Origin: Polyangiales bacterium
Lineage (GTDB): Bacteria; Myxococcota_A; Polyangia; Polyangiales; Houyiibacteriaceae
Assembly: GCA_045106895.1 (NCBI GenBank)
Contig: JBGCFM010000039.1
Location: 64,001-128,000 of the forward strand
DNA length: 64,000 nucleotides
Direction: 5' to 3'
Made by a program: the position numbers and the translations under genes. Of this stretch, positions 29,360 through 38,542 are shown in pieces (the stretch's first letter is position 1; every line of letters begins with the position of its first letter). The notes beneath the pieces were generated by a model. That model ran no database searches. It was not told where the DNA came from and saw only the letters and a program-made list of their open reading frames with translations.

Positions 29360-31000
29360 GTGATCCCTCGAACCGGCACCATCGAACTTGGCAGCTTCCG
29401 TCTCCTCGGACTGCTCGGCGAAGGCTCTTTTGCCTCCGCTTACCTCGCGGAACAGATTGGTACTGAGCGCCAGGCGGTCGTCAAAATTGCGCATCCCCAT
29501 CTGCTCGCTCGCGCTAGTGCGTCGACGCTTCGAGAACGATTTCAGGATGAGGTTAGGGCGTCAACACGCGTTCAACACCCTAACCTGGCGACGATTTTTA
29601 CGACGGGAGAAACAAGCGATGGACTGCCTGCCATTGCGATGGAGTTTGTGCCCGGCGATTCGCTAGAAGCGTGCCTCGAACGCGACGCGCCGGTATCGCC
29701 GAACGACCTGGTCTATTTCGGGCAGATCACTTCGGTTCTAGCGGCACTTCATCGGGTCAACATCATCCACCGCGACGTCACTCCGGCGAACGTCATGGTG
29801 ACCGTGGACCACGACGGTGCACCGCGAGCCATGCTCCTGGACTTCGGGATCGCGCAGCTTGGCGACTCAGCAAACTCAGGGGGTGCGATGGGCACGCCGA
29901 GATATGCTCCTCCCGAGCAGGTTGCTGGCCGCACTGTTCCGGCGTCGGACATGTATGGGTTAGGCGCGATGCTTTGGTGGGCGCTCACCGGTAGTCCCTA
30001 CCTCAACGCCATCGATACGCTCGACCGCTTGCTCTCACATCAAATGCATATGGCGAGCGTGCCGGACCCACGCTCGATAAACCCGAACATTGCACCGGAC
30101 CTCGCTGAGACCACGATGGCACTCCTCAATCCCGACCCCTCGTGTCGCCCGACGTCGGCGGAGTTGCTTCAGCGATGGCCGTCGATCATTGCCGACGGGC
30201 GGCGATGGCGTCGCCAAAATCGTCACAAGCCGTCGACGATGATGCCGGCAGCGAACGACCGACGGGACATGCGTGTCCTCGTCGTCGATCCCCACCCCGT
30301 CAAACGCCATCTTGTCTCCGCTTACGCCGAGCGGCTCGGATGTGCCGTGACCGTAACGGAGGACCCGCGGCAAGCCACGCGCGGTGCTTTGGGATCATTC
30401 GATCTGGCTGTCGTCGCGACGGAGCTGGGTCGAGTAGACTCGACGATGGTCGCAAAGCACCTCCGCGAACACTTTCCGGACCAGCGGCTCCTGCTCATGT
30501 CGAGCGAAGGCGAAAGGGTCGTCACCCCCTCCGACTGCGGCGCAGATATACATCTCCACCTGCCTGGTGAACTGGGTCGTTTCGGCGAGTACCTCAACAC
30601 TTTCCAACAACGCACTCGCAACAGCGGACGGACGCCTCTGCGCACCCTTGAAGAGAACGCTCCACTCGACGCAGCTGTTTTGGAGAGCTGGCGTAGTCGT
30701 CCGCCGGCTGAGCTACAAGAAGTGATTCGATCATTCATCGGCGCCATGCCGACGCTGATCACACAGCTCGATTTCGTACCCGGAACCGGCGCCAAGCGAG
30801 AAGTCCGGAAGAGCTGCGAATTGATCCATGCCCGCGCAACGTCGCTCGGCGCGTCGCACCTCGCACGTCTCGCTCAATCGATGCAAATGCTCCTCGATGC
30901 CGACGCGCTGCCGAACCCGGCGGCCTTCGTATCTGAAATAGAAAACGAATATGTCCGGGTTTTCCGCGATCTTCGTCAGCTCATCCACACAAACGAGTAA
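29360..31000 (+). CDS. Ser/Thr kinase fused to an atypical receiver and an HPt-like domain
   Basis: LGEGSFASAY, VVK, HRDVTPANV, DFG and GTPRYAPPEQ; receiver RVLVVD...FDLAVVA; HPt-like IHARATSLGASHLARLA. Confidence 0.88.
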   Translation: MIPRTGTIELGSFRLLGLLGEGSFASAYLAEQIGTERQAVVKIAHPHLLARASASTLRERFQDEVRASTRVQHPNLATIFTTGETSDGLPAIAMEFVPGDSLEACLERDAPVSPNDLVYFGQITSVLAALHRVNIIHRDVTPANVMVTVDHDGAPRAMLLDFGIAQLGDSANSGGAMGTPRYAPPEQVAGRTVPASDMYGLGAMLWWALTGSPYLNAIDTLDRLLSHQMHMASVPDPRSINPNIAPDLAETTMALLNPDPSCRPTSAELLQRWPSIIADGRRWRRQNRHKPSTMMPAANDRRDMRVLVVDPHPVKRHLVSAYAERLGCAVTVTEDPRQATRGALGSFDLAVVATELGRVDSTMVAKHLREHFPDQRLLLMSSEGERVVTPSDCGADIHLHLPGELGRFGEYLNTFQQRTRNSGRTPLRTLEENAPLDAAVLESWRSRPPAELQEVIRSFIGAMPTLITQLDFVPGTGAKREVRKSCELIHARATSLGASHLARLAQSMQMLLDADALPNPAAFVSEIENEYVRVFRDLRQLIHTNE

Positions 31001-31006
31001 TCCACC

Positions 31007-32614
31007 ATGTCCACAATACAGACCCTCGACTGTCGGGGTCAGCAATGCCCCGCGCCTATCTTGGCCACGGCACGCGCCGTAAAGAACCTTGGGACGAAAG
31101 GCGGCACTCTCGAGATCCTGGCCGACGACGACGCCTTCCCGATGGACCTGCAAAGCTGGGCGCGCAGCTCCGGCGCGGCGGTGTTGGAGTTGGCGGGCAC
31201 AGATGACGGACACCGGGCGATCATTCGTGTGGCTTCCGCCCGGCCGACGGTGGACGCTCCGCTGCAGCTCGACTGTCGCGGAATGGAGTGCCCCCAGCCC
31301 ATCCTGGAGATCGCGCGAGCGGCGCGCTCCAACCCCAAAGCGACGCTCGAGGTCGTGGCGGACGACGACGCTTTTCAAATGGACGTCGAGAGCTGGTGCC
31401 GAAGCGCCGGCGCGCAGCTGGCTTCCTTCGAGAACGAAGCGGGTGTCTACCGGGCCGTCATCACGCTCGGGGCGCCGAGGACAGGTAGTGAGACTCGGCG
31501 TGAAACACCGAAAGAGCGTGTCCCCGCTCGTTCCCCCGCACCGGCGCCATTCCAGCCATCCGTTCCCGAGTTCGAACTGGACTGCCTGGGCATGGAGTGC
31601 CCTCAACCCATTCTCGAAGTCGCTCGAAAAGCGAGGGCTCATCCCGGTGCGCTCTTCACAGTTGTCGCCGACGACGACGCCTTCGTCATGGATATTCAGA
31701 GTTGGTGCCGGACCACCAACGCGACTCTGGTCTCGATGGAGCGCGACGGTTCAACGCACAAAGCGACGGTGCAGCTGCCCTCGGTTCGGAGCGTGTCACG
31801 CCCGGAGCCGGAGCCGGAGCCGGAGCCTTCTCGCGCAGAGCACCCTGCCCCTGGAGATGTTCGAATCGAGCTGACGGCGGATGGCGTCGGGCACTGGGAA
31901 CAACAGTTGGATCACGCTGCTGCTACGCCACACGCAAGTCGTCTCGTCGTAAGTGCGGCGGGGAAAAGCGCGACGCCTCGGCTCATGCAATGGTGCCAAC
32001 GTTCCGGGCATCAGCTCGTGACGCTCAACGGAACCGAACCCGTCGTAGCCGTGTTCGACATCGTGACAGGGGGCGCGGGACACGCACTTGCCCTATCCAG
32101 TGCTTCAGAGCTCAGCGTTGGAAAGCGGAGAAAGGCCACAATCTTGGTGCTCCACAACGACAAGGAGGCGCTCCTCGCTGCACTTCTCGTCGCAAATGGC
32201 GCTGCATCTCAGGGCATGGACGTGATGCTCTACTTTACGTTCTGGGGGCTCAATCTGCTGCGCGGAGACCTTCCGAACCCAGCACACAAGCCCGAGAAGG
32301 TGTCGTGGTCCCAACGACTGTTTAAGTGGTTGATGCCGAAGGGACCCAAACGACAGGGCCTTGGAAAGCTCAACTTTGGCGGCATGGGTGGCGGTATGAT
32401 GAAGTCGCTGATGAAAAAGAAGAACATCATGGACCTCCCTGAGCTTCTCGATGCGGCCCAGGAACAAGAGGTTCGCTTTGTAGCGTGCACAATGAGTATG
32501 AACGTCATGGGGGTGACCAAACGTGATCTTCATCCGTACCCAACGTTAGAGTATGGCGGAGTGGCTGCGTTCGTCGAAAGCGCTGGTAGCTCAGAGATAA
32601 GTTTGGTTTTCTAG
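31007..32614 (+). CDS. Fusion of three TusA/SirA sulfur-carrier domains, one degenerate TusA and a DsrE/DsrF-like (DrsE_2-type) domain
   Basis: LDCRGQQCPAP, LDCRGMECPQP and LDCLGMECPQP, each followed by ADDDAF.MD..SW; C-terminal YFTFWGL...FVACTMSM...YGGVAAF. Confidence 0.9.
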   Translation: MSTIQTLDCRGQQCPAPILATARAVKNLGTKGGTLEILADDDAFPMDLQSWARSSGAAVLELAGTDDGHRAIIRVASARPTVDAPLQLDCRGMECPQPILEIARAARSNPKATLEVVADDDAFQMDVESWCRSAGAQLASFENEAGVYRAVITLGAPRTGSETRRETPKERVPARSPAPAPFQPSVPEFELDCLGMECPQPILEVARKARAHPGALFTVVADDDAFVMDIQSWCRTTNATLVSMERDGSTHKATVQLPSVRSVSRPEPEPEPEPSRAEHPAPGDVRIELTADGVGHWEQQLDHAAATPHASRLVVSAAGKSATPRLMQWCQRSGHQLVTLNGTEPVVAVFDIVTGGAGHALALSSASELSVGKRRKATILVLHNDKEALLAALLVANGAASQGMDVMLYFTFWGLNLLRGDLPNPAHKPEKVSWSQRLFKWLMPKGPKRQGLGKLNFGGMGGGMMKSLMKKKNIMDLPELLDAAQEQEVRFVACTMSMNVMGVTKRDLHPYPTLEYGGVAAFVESAGSSEISLVF

Positions 32615-32627
32615 TGACCAGCAGAGG

Positions 32628-33338
32628 TTGCGCCTAGGACACAAGGCTTCCCCACAAATCAGAACCATCAATGCACGAGACCATCAAGATTTGAACGCGA
32701 ACGCTCAAGAGTTGTCCCCGGACGAGATCGATGCCGAGAACCATCTGATGATCGACATTCGACCGCGCGAAGAGCGGTACTCGGAGCTTGGATGGATCCC
32801 CGCGAGCCTGTCGCTCTCAGGAGTTGGGGCAGAACGTCTGAGCTGGCTAAGAGAACAGCTGGAAGGCTCAGAGACAGCGGTTCTGTACTGCACTTCTGGG
32901 CGCCGAAGCGAGAAGACCCTCGCAATTCTCGGAGCCGAGTACCCCAGACCTCTCGCACATCTCCGGGGAGGCGTTCTCGGGTGGAGTGCCGCGGGGCTAC
33001 CAACGTGCGGTCTCGTCGACGTCGAGCCTCCTGACTTTCTACTCTCGCTGGAAGCGCCCTCCCAGTTCCGACAAGCGCTTACTTCGTGTTTTGTCGCAGC
33101 GACGATGGAGTCAACGTTGAGTGATGATGATGCAGACCCGATGCAGACCTTAAGGAGCTGCTACGAGATCGAGGGCGTTAGTTGGGAAGACCCGAGCATC
33201 GATGACCTCTACTATGTGATCGACCGAATGGCGCTGGCTTCGCGCCGTCTGGGTGGCGACCTCGCAACGATCGTAGAGAATACAAACACGATGCATGAGG
33301 CGCTTGAACGAATGTCCGCACGTATCAACGGCGCGTAG
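32628..33338 (+). CDS. Rhodanese-domain protein with an unknown helical C-terminal domain
   Basis: MIDIRPREE...GWIPAS, active-site loop VLYCTSGRRS, HLRGGVLGW...GLP. Confidence 0.85.
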   Translation: MRLGHKASPQIRTINARDHQDLNANAQELSPDEIDAENHLMIDIRPREERYSELGWIPASLSLSGVGAERLSWLREQLEGSETAVLYCTSGRRSEKTLAILGAEYPRPLAHLRGGVLGWSAAGLPTCGLVDVEPPDFLLSLEAPSQFRQALTSCFVAATMESTLSDDDADPMQTLRSCYEIEGVSWEDPSIDDLYYVIDRMALASRRLGGDLATIVENTNTMHEALERMSARINGA

Positions 33339-33409
33339 ACAGAAGTCACTGTCCGCTCCTGCGGCAAGTAAACGTTGCTCTAACAGTTCGCCGCGGAGCA
33401 GTTCGTTCG

Positions 33410-33445
33410 CTAGCGAACGCGAAAACGAACGGCGTTGGAGACGAA
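33410..33445 (+). repeat. 36-bp direct repeat, right copy (3' end of the minus-strand gene)
   Basis: Identical to 29176-29211; encodes FVSNAVRFRVR-stop on the minus strand. Confidence 0.95.
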
Positions 33446-34066
33446 CTCGCCGGGCGCTGGCGCGGAGCCTGGAGCGCTCGCGCCGGAGCCGCGCATGTCG
33501 CCGCAGAGGCGGTAGACGACCCAGGCCTCGTAGTGGCCCGGCGCCCGTATCGTCGCGTTCTGGAGATGCTCGCCCCAGTCTCCGGGGAGCGTTGTGTTGA
33601 CGGCGCCGGGCGCGATGCGAACGTAGTCCTCGGCGCCCACGGCGTTCATCATGCCGCAGCGGCCGCCGTGAAAGTCCCAGCGATACACGGCGCTGGAGCT
33701 GACCTCGCGGACATAGAGGTCATAGCTTGGGTCGCGCATGTGCTCGGCGCTGCCGTCCATGGCCCGCATGACGGTGAGCGCGGATGTACTGCGATTCATG
33801 ACGCGCAGGGAGAAGCCGAGGGGCGCGTCGCTGCGTGCGTTCGCCCCACCGGCGAGGATGAACTCCAACGTCGAGGCCGGACGTGTTCGGGGAGGCGGCG
33901 GCGAGCCGTCGACACGGTAGAAGCCTGTTCCGTAGTCGCTCGGTGGGCTGAGTGTGTCGGCCTCTAGGGTCGGCAAGAGCGGGGCGCATGTTGCTGGGGC
34001 GGAGACGCTCTGCGCGAGGGTTGGGGCCGGGAGGAGTAGAGCCAGGAGGATGAGGTAGCGCGCCAT
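33410..34066 (-). CDS. Hypothetical secreted protein (beta-sandwich-like)
   Basis: Signal peptide MARYLILLALLLPAPTLA; ...PGHYEAWVVY...FVSNAVRFRV C-terminus. Confidence 0.7.
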   Translation of the reverse strand: MARYLILLALLLPAPTLAQSVSAPATCAPLLPTLEADTLSPPSDYGTGFYRVDGSPPPPRTRPASTLEFILAGGANARSDAPLGFSLRVMNRSTSALTVMRAMDGSAEHMRDPSYDLYVREVSSSAVYRWDFHGGRCGMMNAVGAEDYVRIAPGAVNTTLPGDWGEHLQNATIRAPGHYEAWVVYRLCGDMRGSGASAPGSAPAPGEFVSNAVRFRVR

Positions 34067-34130
34067 GTTGGTGAGACGCCTCGCGGAGGGAAAGGTTTGG
34101 GTTGCGACGAAGAAAGTGCGATTCTGGGGT

Positions 34131-34433
34131 ATGGAACCCGTGTCTAAGGGCTGCGGCGATTGCGGGAGCGCGGACGTGCAGGCGGGCGGACTCTGCGGCG
34201 CCTGCAACGCGCGCTGGGAACTCTCTGCACTCTCCGCGAGCCAGCGGGCGACGCTCGACGCGATGGTAATCGCGAGCGAGAGAATCCGCGGCATCAAGTT
34301 TGTCCGAGAAGCGCTTGAGTGCAGCCTCGGCGATGCCGTGAGGTACTTTGGCGTTCGTTATGGGCAGCTTCGCGAAGAAGGCGCAGCATTTCCCGTTGAG
34401 CACGAAGAGTATTGGAAAGGGTTCTACTCCTAG
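34131..34433 (+). CDS. Small hypothetical protein with two CxxC motifs
   Basis: CGDC...CGAC; IRGIKFVRE...CSLGDA helical pair; ends YWKGFYS. Confidence 0.55.
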   Translation: MEPVSKGCGDCGSADVQAGGLCGACNARWELSALSASQRATLDAMVIASERIRGIKFVREALECSLGDAVRYFGVRYGQLREEGAAFPVEHEEYWKGFYS

Positions 34434-34454
34434 CTAGCCGCGCGCTCGCTTGCG

Positions 34455-35498
34455 CTACTCGGGCGTGCAATCGCGGGCATGTCGTTCGGCACCCAATCGT
34501 CTCGCGTGGCCCACCTCGAACTCTTCGAGGGCGTCTTCGAGGATCGCGCAACCTCGCTCGGTGTCACCAGCGTCGAGCCACATAAAGGCGCGCTCGACGG
34601 CGGCGTCGTCGCGGAGAAGCGAGGTGGGGAATTCGTCCTCGAGGGTGCGATACCAGCGGTCGGCGTCGCTTCTCCGCGCAGCGTCGGTGGCGACTGCGTC
34701 TCGGTGAATCTGCGCGATGAGCAGGTGCGCCTTGGGGAACCCCGGCAGGGTGTAGGAGCCACTGAGGTGTGTGGACTCCGCGCGCTCGAGCATACGTTCG
34801 AGGCGCTCGAGGGCGGCGTCTGGGTCCTGGGCCTGCAGGTCCATGGCGGCGAGGAGGAGAATCGCATCGTCCCAGCGTTCGCCGTGGGGATAAGGGTGCC
34901 GTTCCACGAGGAGCTCGAGGTCTTCCCGCGCCGCGGCGAGCTCTTCGAGGGCGACGTGCTCGTCGTGCATGCGCATGAGGATGTCGTCGCCGAGACTTGT
35001 TTCTCCGACCTCGGCGTCAAGGGAGACGAGTCGAGCGACGGTGGACCCAGGCGTCTCGCCGCGAAGTAGCCAGTGGAGCGCGCGTCCGGCGACGCCGCTC
35101 TCGGGATGTTCGCGGACGACGCGAAGGAAACCAGCCTGCGCGCCGACGGTGTCGCCCTGCTCCTGACGAAGCTTGGACGCATCGAAGAGCGCGCGGACGG
35201 TTCGTCGACTCGTCGGCCGCGTGGCAGCGATGGCGTCGAAGAGCGCGAGGGCTTCGGCGTGCTGACCGGCGTCGTGGAGCGTGCGCGCCTGGCGGTAACG
35301 CGCTTCATCGCGGTCGACTCGGCGTTCGGCGAGGGCGGCGGCCTCGCCAAAACCTGCGGCGGCTTCGTCATCGCGGCCGTGGTGCGCGTCACGCTCGGCT
35401 TGGGCGAGGCGCGCGTCGAAGGCTGGCGAGCGCGAACGCGAGAGCGTCGGCGGACAGGCGCTGAGGAGCAGCGGCAAGACAAGGACGAGCGCACGCAT
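34455..35498 (-). CDS. TPR-repeat lipoprotein
   Basis: Lipobox LSAC; repeated helical TPR units ending in HP/FP. Confidence 0.8.
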   Translation of the reverse strand: MRALVLVLPLLLSACPPTLSRSRSPAFDARLAQAERDAHHGRDDEAAAGFGEAAALAERRVDRDEARYRQARTLHDAGQHAEALALFDAIAATRPTSRRTVRALFDASKLRQEQGDTVGAQAGFLRVVREHPESGVAGRALHWLLRGETPGSTVARLVSLDAEVGETSLGDDILMRMHDEHVALEELAAAREDLELLVERHPYPHGERWDDAILLLAAMDLQAQDPDAALERLERMLERAESTHLSGSYTLPGFPKAHLLIAQIHRDAVATDAARRSDADRWYRTLEDEFPTSLLRDDAAVERAFMWLDAGDTERGCAILEDALEEFEVGHARRLGAERHARDCTPE

Positions 35499-35503
35499 CG
35501 GTG

Positions 35504-36517
35504 TCAGAGCGCGGCGAGGATGGCTTTGGCGGCGCGCTCGATGTCAGCGTCGTCGAGGTCGCGGTGCGTGACGGCGCGCACTTCCGTCGGACTGATGGCG
35601 CCGAGTCCGACTTCCGAGGCGAGCTTCTTCGTAAAGTCCGCGGCGCTGTGAACGGCGGGGTCGACGCGGAAGACGACGATGTTGGTCTCGACGACGCCGC
35701 AGCTCGCGCCCCCCTCACGCAAAAGCTCGGCGAAACGCCGCGCTCTTTTGTGGTCCGTCGCGAGATCGCCCATGTGGTGGTCGAGGGCGTGGAGTGCGCC
35801 GGCGGCGACGATGCCCGCTTGGCGGAGCGCTCCGCCCATGCGGCGCCGGTAGCGGAGCGCTTCTTCACGCCGGTCTGCGGACATGACGATGGCGGAGCCC
35901 ATCGGCGCGCCGAGGCCTTTGCTGAAGCAGACGCTGATGGTGTCGGCGTGGGCGGCGATGGCCGCGGGTGAGACATCCAGGGCCGTGGCGGCGTTCCAGA
36001 TTCGGGCGCCATCGAGGTGGACGACGAGCTTGTGCTCCCGTGCGAGGGCGACGGTGGCGGCGAGGGTTTCTTGGGGGAAGACCCGGCCGCCGCTGTGGTT
36101 GTGCGTGTTCTCGACGGCAAGGAGACGGGGGCGCGGGTAATAGAAGACGTCCGGGAGCACCACCTCCGCAAGGTCCTCGGGCCCGAAAACGCCGGTCTTC
36201 GCTTCGAAGAACTGCACGCCGGCGAAGGCGGAGGAGGCGCCGCTTTCGTAGAGCGCCATGTGCGTGCCCTTCCCGCAGAAGACGGCGTCGCCGGGCTTGC
36301 AGTGGAGCATGAGCGCGATCTGGTTCGCCATGGTGCCGCTGGGTACGTAGAGCGCGCTCTCTTTGCCGAGGAGCTCCGCCACGCGCGCTTCGAGGGCGAG
36401 GATGGTGGGGTCTTCGCCGTACACGTCGTCGCCGACTTCGGCGGAGGCCATGGCTTTGCGCATGGCGTCGGTGGGTTTGGTAACGGTATCGGAACGGAGA
36501 TCGACGAAGGCACTCAT
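35504..36517 (-). CDS. ltaE: Low-specificity L-threonine aldolase
   Basis: [39 protein letters not shown] and PLP-Lys CFSKGLGAP motifs. Confidence 0.95.
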   Translation of the reverse strand: MSAFVDLRSDTVTKPTDAMRKAMASAEVGDDVYGEDPTILALEARVAELLGKESALYVPSGTMANQIALMLHCKPGDAVFCGKGTHMALYESGASSAFAGVQFFEAKTGVFGPEDLAEVVLPDVFYYPRPRLLAVENTHNHSGGRVFPQETLAATVALAREHKLVVHLDGARIWNAATALDVSPAAIAAHADTISVCFSKGLGAPMGSAIVMSADRREEALRYRRRMGGALRQAGIVAAGALHALDHHMGDLATDHKRARRFAELLREGGASCGVVETNIVVFRVDPAVHSAADFTKKLASEVGLGAISPTEVRAVTHRDLDDADIERAAKAILAAL

Positions 36518-36595
36518 AGGCCCGGGAGCGTCCTACCCTGCGGGGTCTGCGTCAATGGTCTAGTCGTGCGTCAGTCATGGCGCTAGGTTCTCCGA

Positions 36596-38098
36596 ATGAT
36601 CCATCGCAGCAGAACTCTGCACGCCCTGGCCGCCTTGATATTCGCATCCCTGACCACCGCATGCGCGCCTCGGGGAACTTCGACACCGACGCATCCAGCA
36701 AGCCAGCCGGCGACGAGTCAGTCTGAGTCTCTGTACCGCTGCGGCATCACCATTGCGCAAACTTCAGGGGACGAGGGCGCTCGTATGAGCATCACGCTTA
36801 GCGGCTATGGGCCCTCGGCGGAAGATGCGCGCTCCCAGGCACACTTGGTGGCCCTGGAGAGTGCAGAGCTCATCGACGGGGGAACGATCTGGGCGCAGTT
36901 CCTGGGCGCAAGTTTCACGGAAGGCGCGGTGACTCTTCCCCGGCTCTCGGAGATATTCGCCGTCTCTCCCGCGGCGAACGCTTCGCCAGGTTGGGACTTT
37001 CGCCCCGGAGCGTGCCAGCCCATGGACAGCGCAGGTCCGGAAGCGAACAGCGAGGCACGAGTGAACGTTCGGTGGGGAGCCGGCACCCAGGCGCAAGCGA
37101 GCAGCGACTCGATGGCGATGGCCATCGAACAAGCACGTCGGCGCTCCTGCCACGCCGCGTGGGCCGAGACATTCTACGCCTCCTTCAACAACACCGCTTC
37201 GGCGCCACCGTCTGTCCGCAGCGAGGTCTTTCAAGCGGGGGTTTCAGAACTAAACGCAGCTTTTGGCGCCTGCATCGCCTCGGATGACTACGTCGTTGAA
37301 GCGTCTCAGCACCCTCGCCTCGCTGCGACGGGCGCGGAGTTTTGCGCAGTCTCGACGGCGGCGGATGAGCGCACACTTTTTGATGGCAAAGCACAAGGCA
37401 GCTCCCGCGCGCACGCCCTGGAGCGTGCTTCCCTCCAAGCGATCCGAGGGACATTGCAGGCGACGCATTCTGCGCTGGCCGAAGCTCTCGCCGATGAAGC
37501 ACCGGATCTGCGGATGATGCTGCTGGCACGCACGCTGAGCAACGGTATTCGCGCTATCGGCGCACAGTCCATCGTCGGCAACGCGCGCTCACGCTGCGCG
37601 CCGGTGGAACAAGACCTCGTGGCAGAGTGGCACCCCGAGAGTGCATGTGGTGACGGCTTTGTGGGTGCGCCGTGGAGCGCCAACGTGTGCGCGCAGGTCG
37701 CCGAAGTCGGCCGAGGACACGTGCGGGACGCCGTGGCGGCGATGGGCGAAGACGCAGACCCGAATGAGGCGGCTTTAGTCTTGGCCAACGGATTCGGCGT
37801 CGTGTCGGGATGCGCCCACGATTGCGGGTCGGAGGTCCAAGTCACTGGGTTGGGGGCGTTCGTTCGGACCCGCGGGGCGCACTGCCGCTCGGAAACGGAT
37901 GCGCGAGCCATCGTCGAGCGCGGCATCGCGGAACGCAAGCTCAGCGGCCTCCTGCACTGCGCGAGCCCCGCGCTCTTTGGTGCTTTCGTGAGCCGCTACC
38001 AAGAGGACGCTGAGCGATTCTGGGACGCCGTGAGCGGGATCCGTGAGCGGCTGACGTTCACGGAGGAAGACGGGCGCTACTGGGCCCAGATGCCGTAG
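36596..38098 (+). CDS. Hypothetical lipoprotein
   Basis: 500-aa ORF with lipobox TTAC; TAGGTT box 6 nt before the ATG. Confidence 0.7.
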   Translation: MIHRSRTLHALAALIFASLTTACAPRGTSTPTHPASQPATSQSESLYRCGITIAQTSGDEGARMSITLSGYGPSAEDARSQAHLVALESAELIDGGTIWAQFLGASFTEGAVTLPRLSEIFAVSPAANASPGWDFRPGACQPMDSAGPEANSEARVNVRWGAGTQAQASSDSMAMAIEQARRRSCHAAWAETFYASFNNTASAPPSVRSEVFQAGVSELNAAFGACIASDDYVVEASQHPRLAATGAEFCAVSTAADERTLFDGKAQGSSRAHALERASLQAIRGTLQATHSALAEALADEAPDLRMMLLARTLSNGIRAIGAQSIVGNARSRCAPVEQDLVAEWHPESACGDGFVGAPWSANVCAQVAEVGRGHVRDAVAAMGEDADPNEAALVLANGFGVVSGCAHDCGSEVQVTGLGAFVRTRGAHCRSETDARAIVERGIAERKLSGLLHCASPALFGAFVSRYQEDAERFWDAVSGIRERLTFTEEDGRYWAQMP

Positions 38099-38104
38099 GC
38101 TGCC

Positions 38105-38542
38105 TCAGAACGCCGTCGGCGCGTCCGATGCGGGTACATCCGGAAAGCCACTTGGGACGAAACACGAATAGGTACCGCCGGACGAGAGTGTGTAGTTGGC
38201 GATGGTTTGGTGACCGCGAATTTGCGCCAAGTACGAGTATCGAATGTCGATGACGTCGTCGCCTTTGCGCAAAGCCATGAGGCCCGGGTCGAGGCGGAAA
38301 CGGCGTATGGCGAAGGCAACCCCGGCAAGCCCGCTGAGGAGTACGACGACGAAGATCCCCAAGAGCACGAAGAACTCGCTTCCTTCACTTCCGCCGCTTA
38401 TTCCCACGCCGATCATGATCACTGTTCCCAACAGACCGAGGACCATAAGAGGAACGCCGGCCACGCCTAGGATCACGTTGCGCGAACGTCTGGCGTCGGC
38501 CTCCGCATAAGGCAGGAGCTCATGGGCCTTGGGCAGTCTCAT
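38105..38542 (-). CDS. Hypothetical two-TM membrane protein
   Basis: Two strong hydrophobic helices followed by a short soluble domain. Confidence 0.65.
   Translation of the reverse strand: MRLPKAHELLPYAEADARRSRNVILGVAGVPLMVLGLLGTVIMIGVGISGGSEGSEFFVLLGIFVVVLLSGLAGVAFAIRRFRLDPGLMALRKGDDVIDIRYSYLAQIRGHQTIANYTLSSGGTYSCFVPSGFPDVPASDAPTAF

Larger units (their letters stand above)
29176..33445. mobile_element. Putative integrated genomic islet (about 4.2 kb, no integrase)
   Basis: Bounded by a 36-bp direct repeat equal to the last 12 codons, including the stop, of the gene at 33410-34066. Cargo genes are on the opposite strand to both flanking genes. Confidence 0.65.

Noticed and set aside
29176..33445. 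36-bp repeat as a CRISPR repeat
   Set aside because: Only two copies, 4.2 kb apart, one of them protein-coding; no spacers or cas genes.
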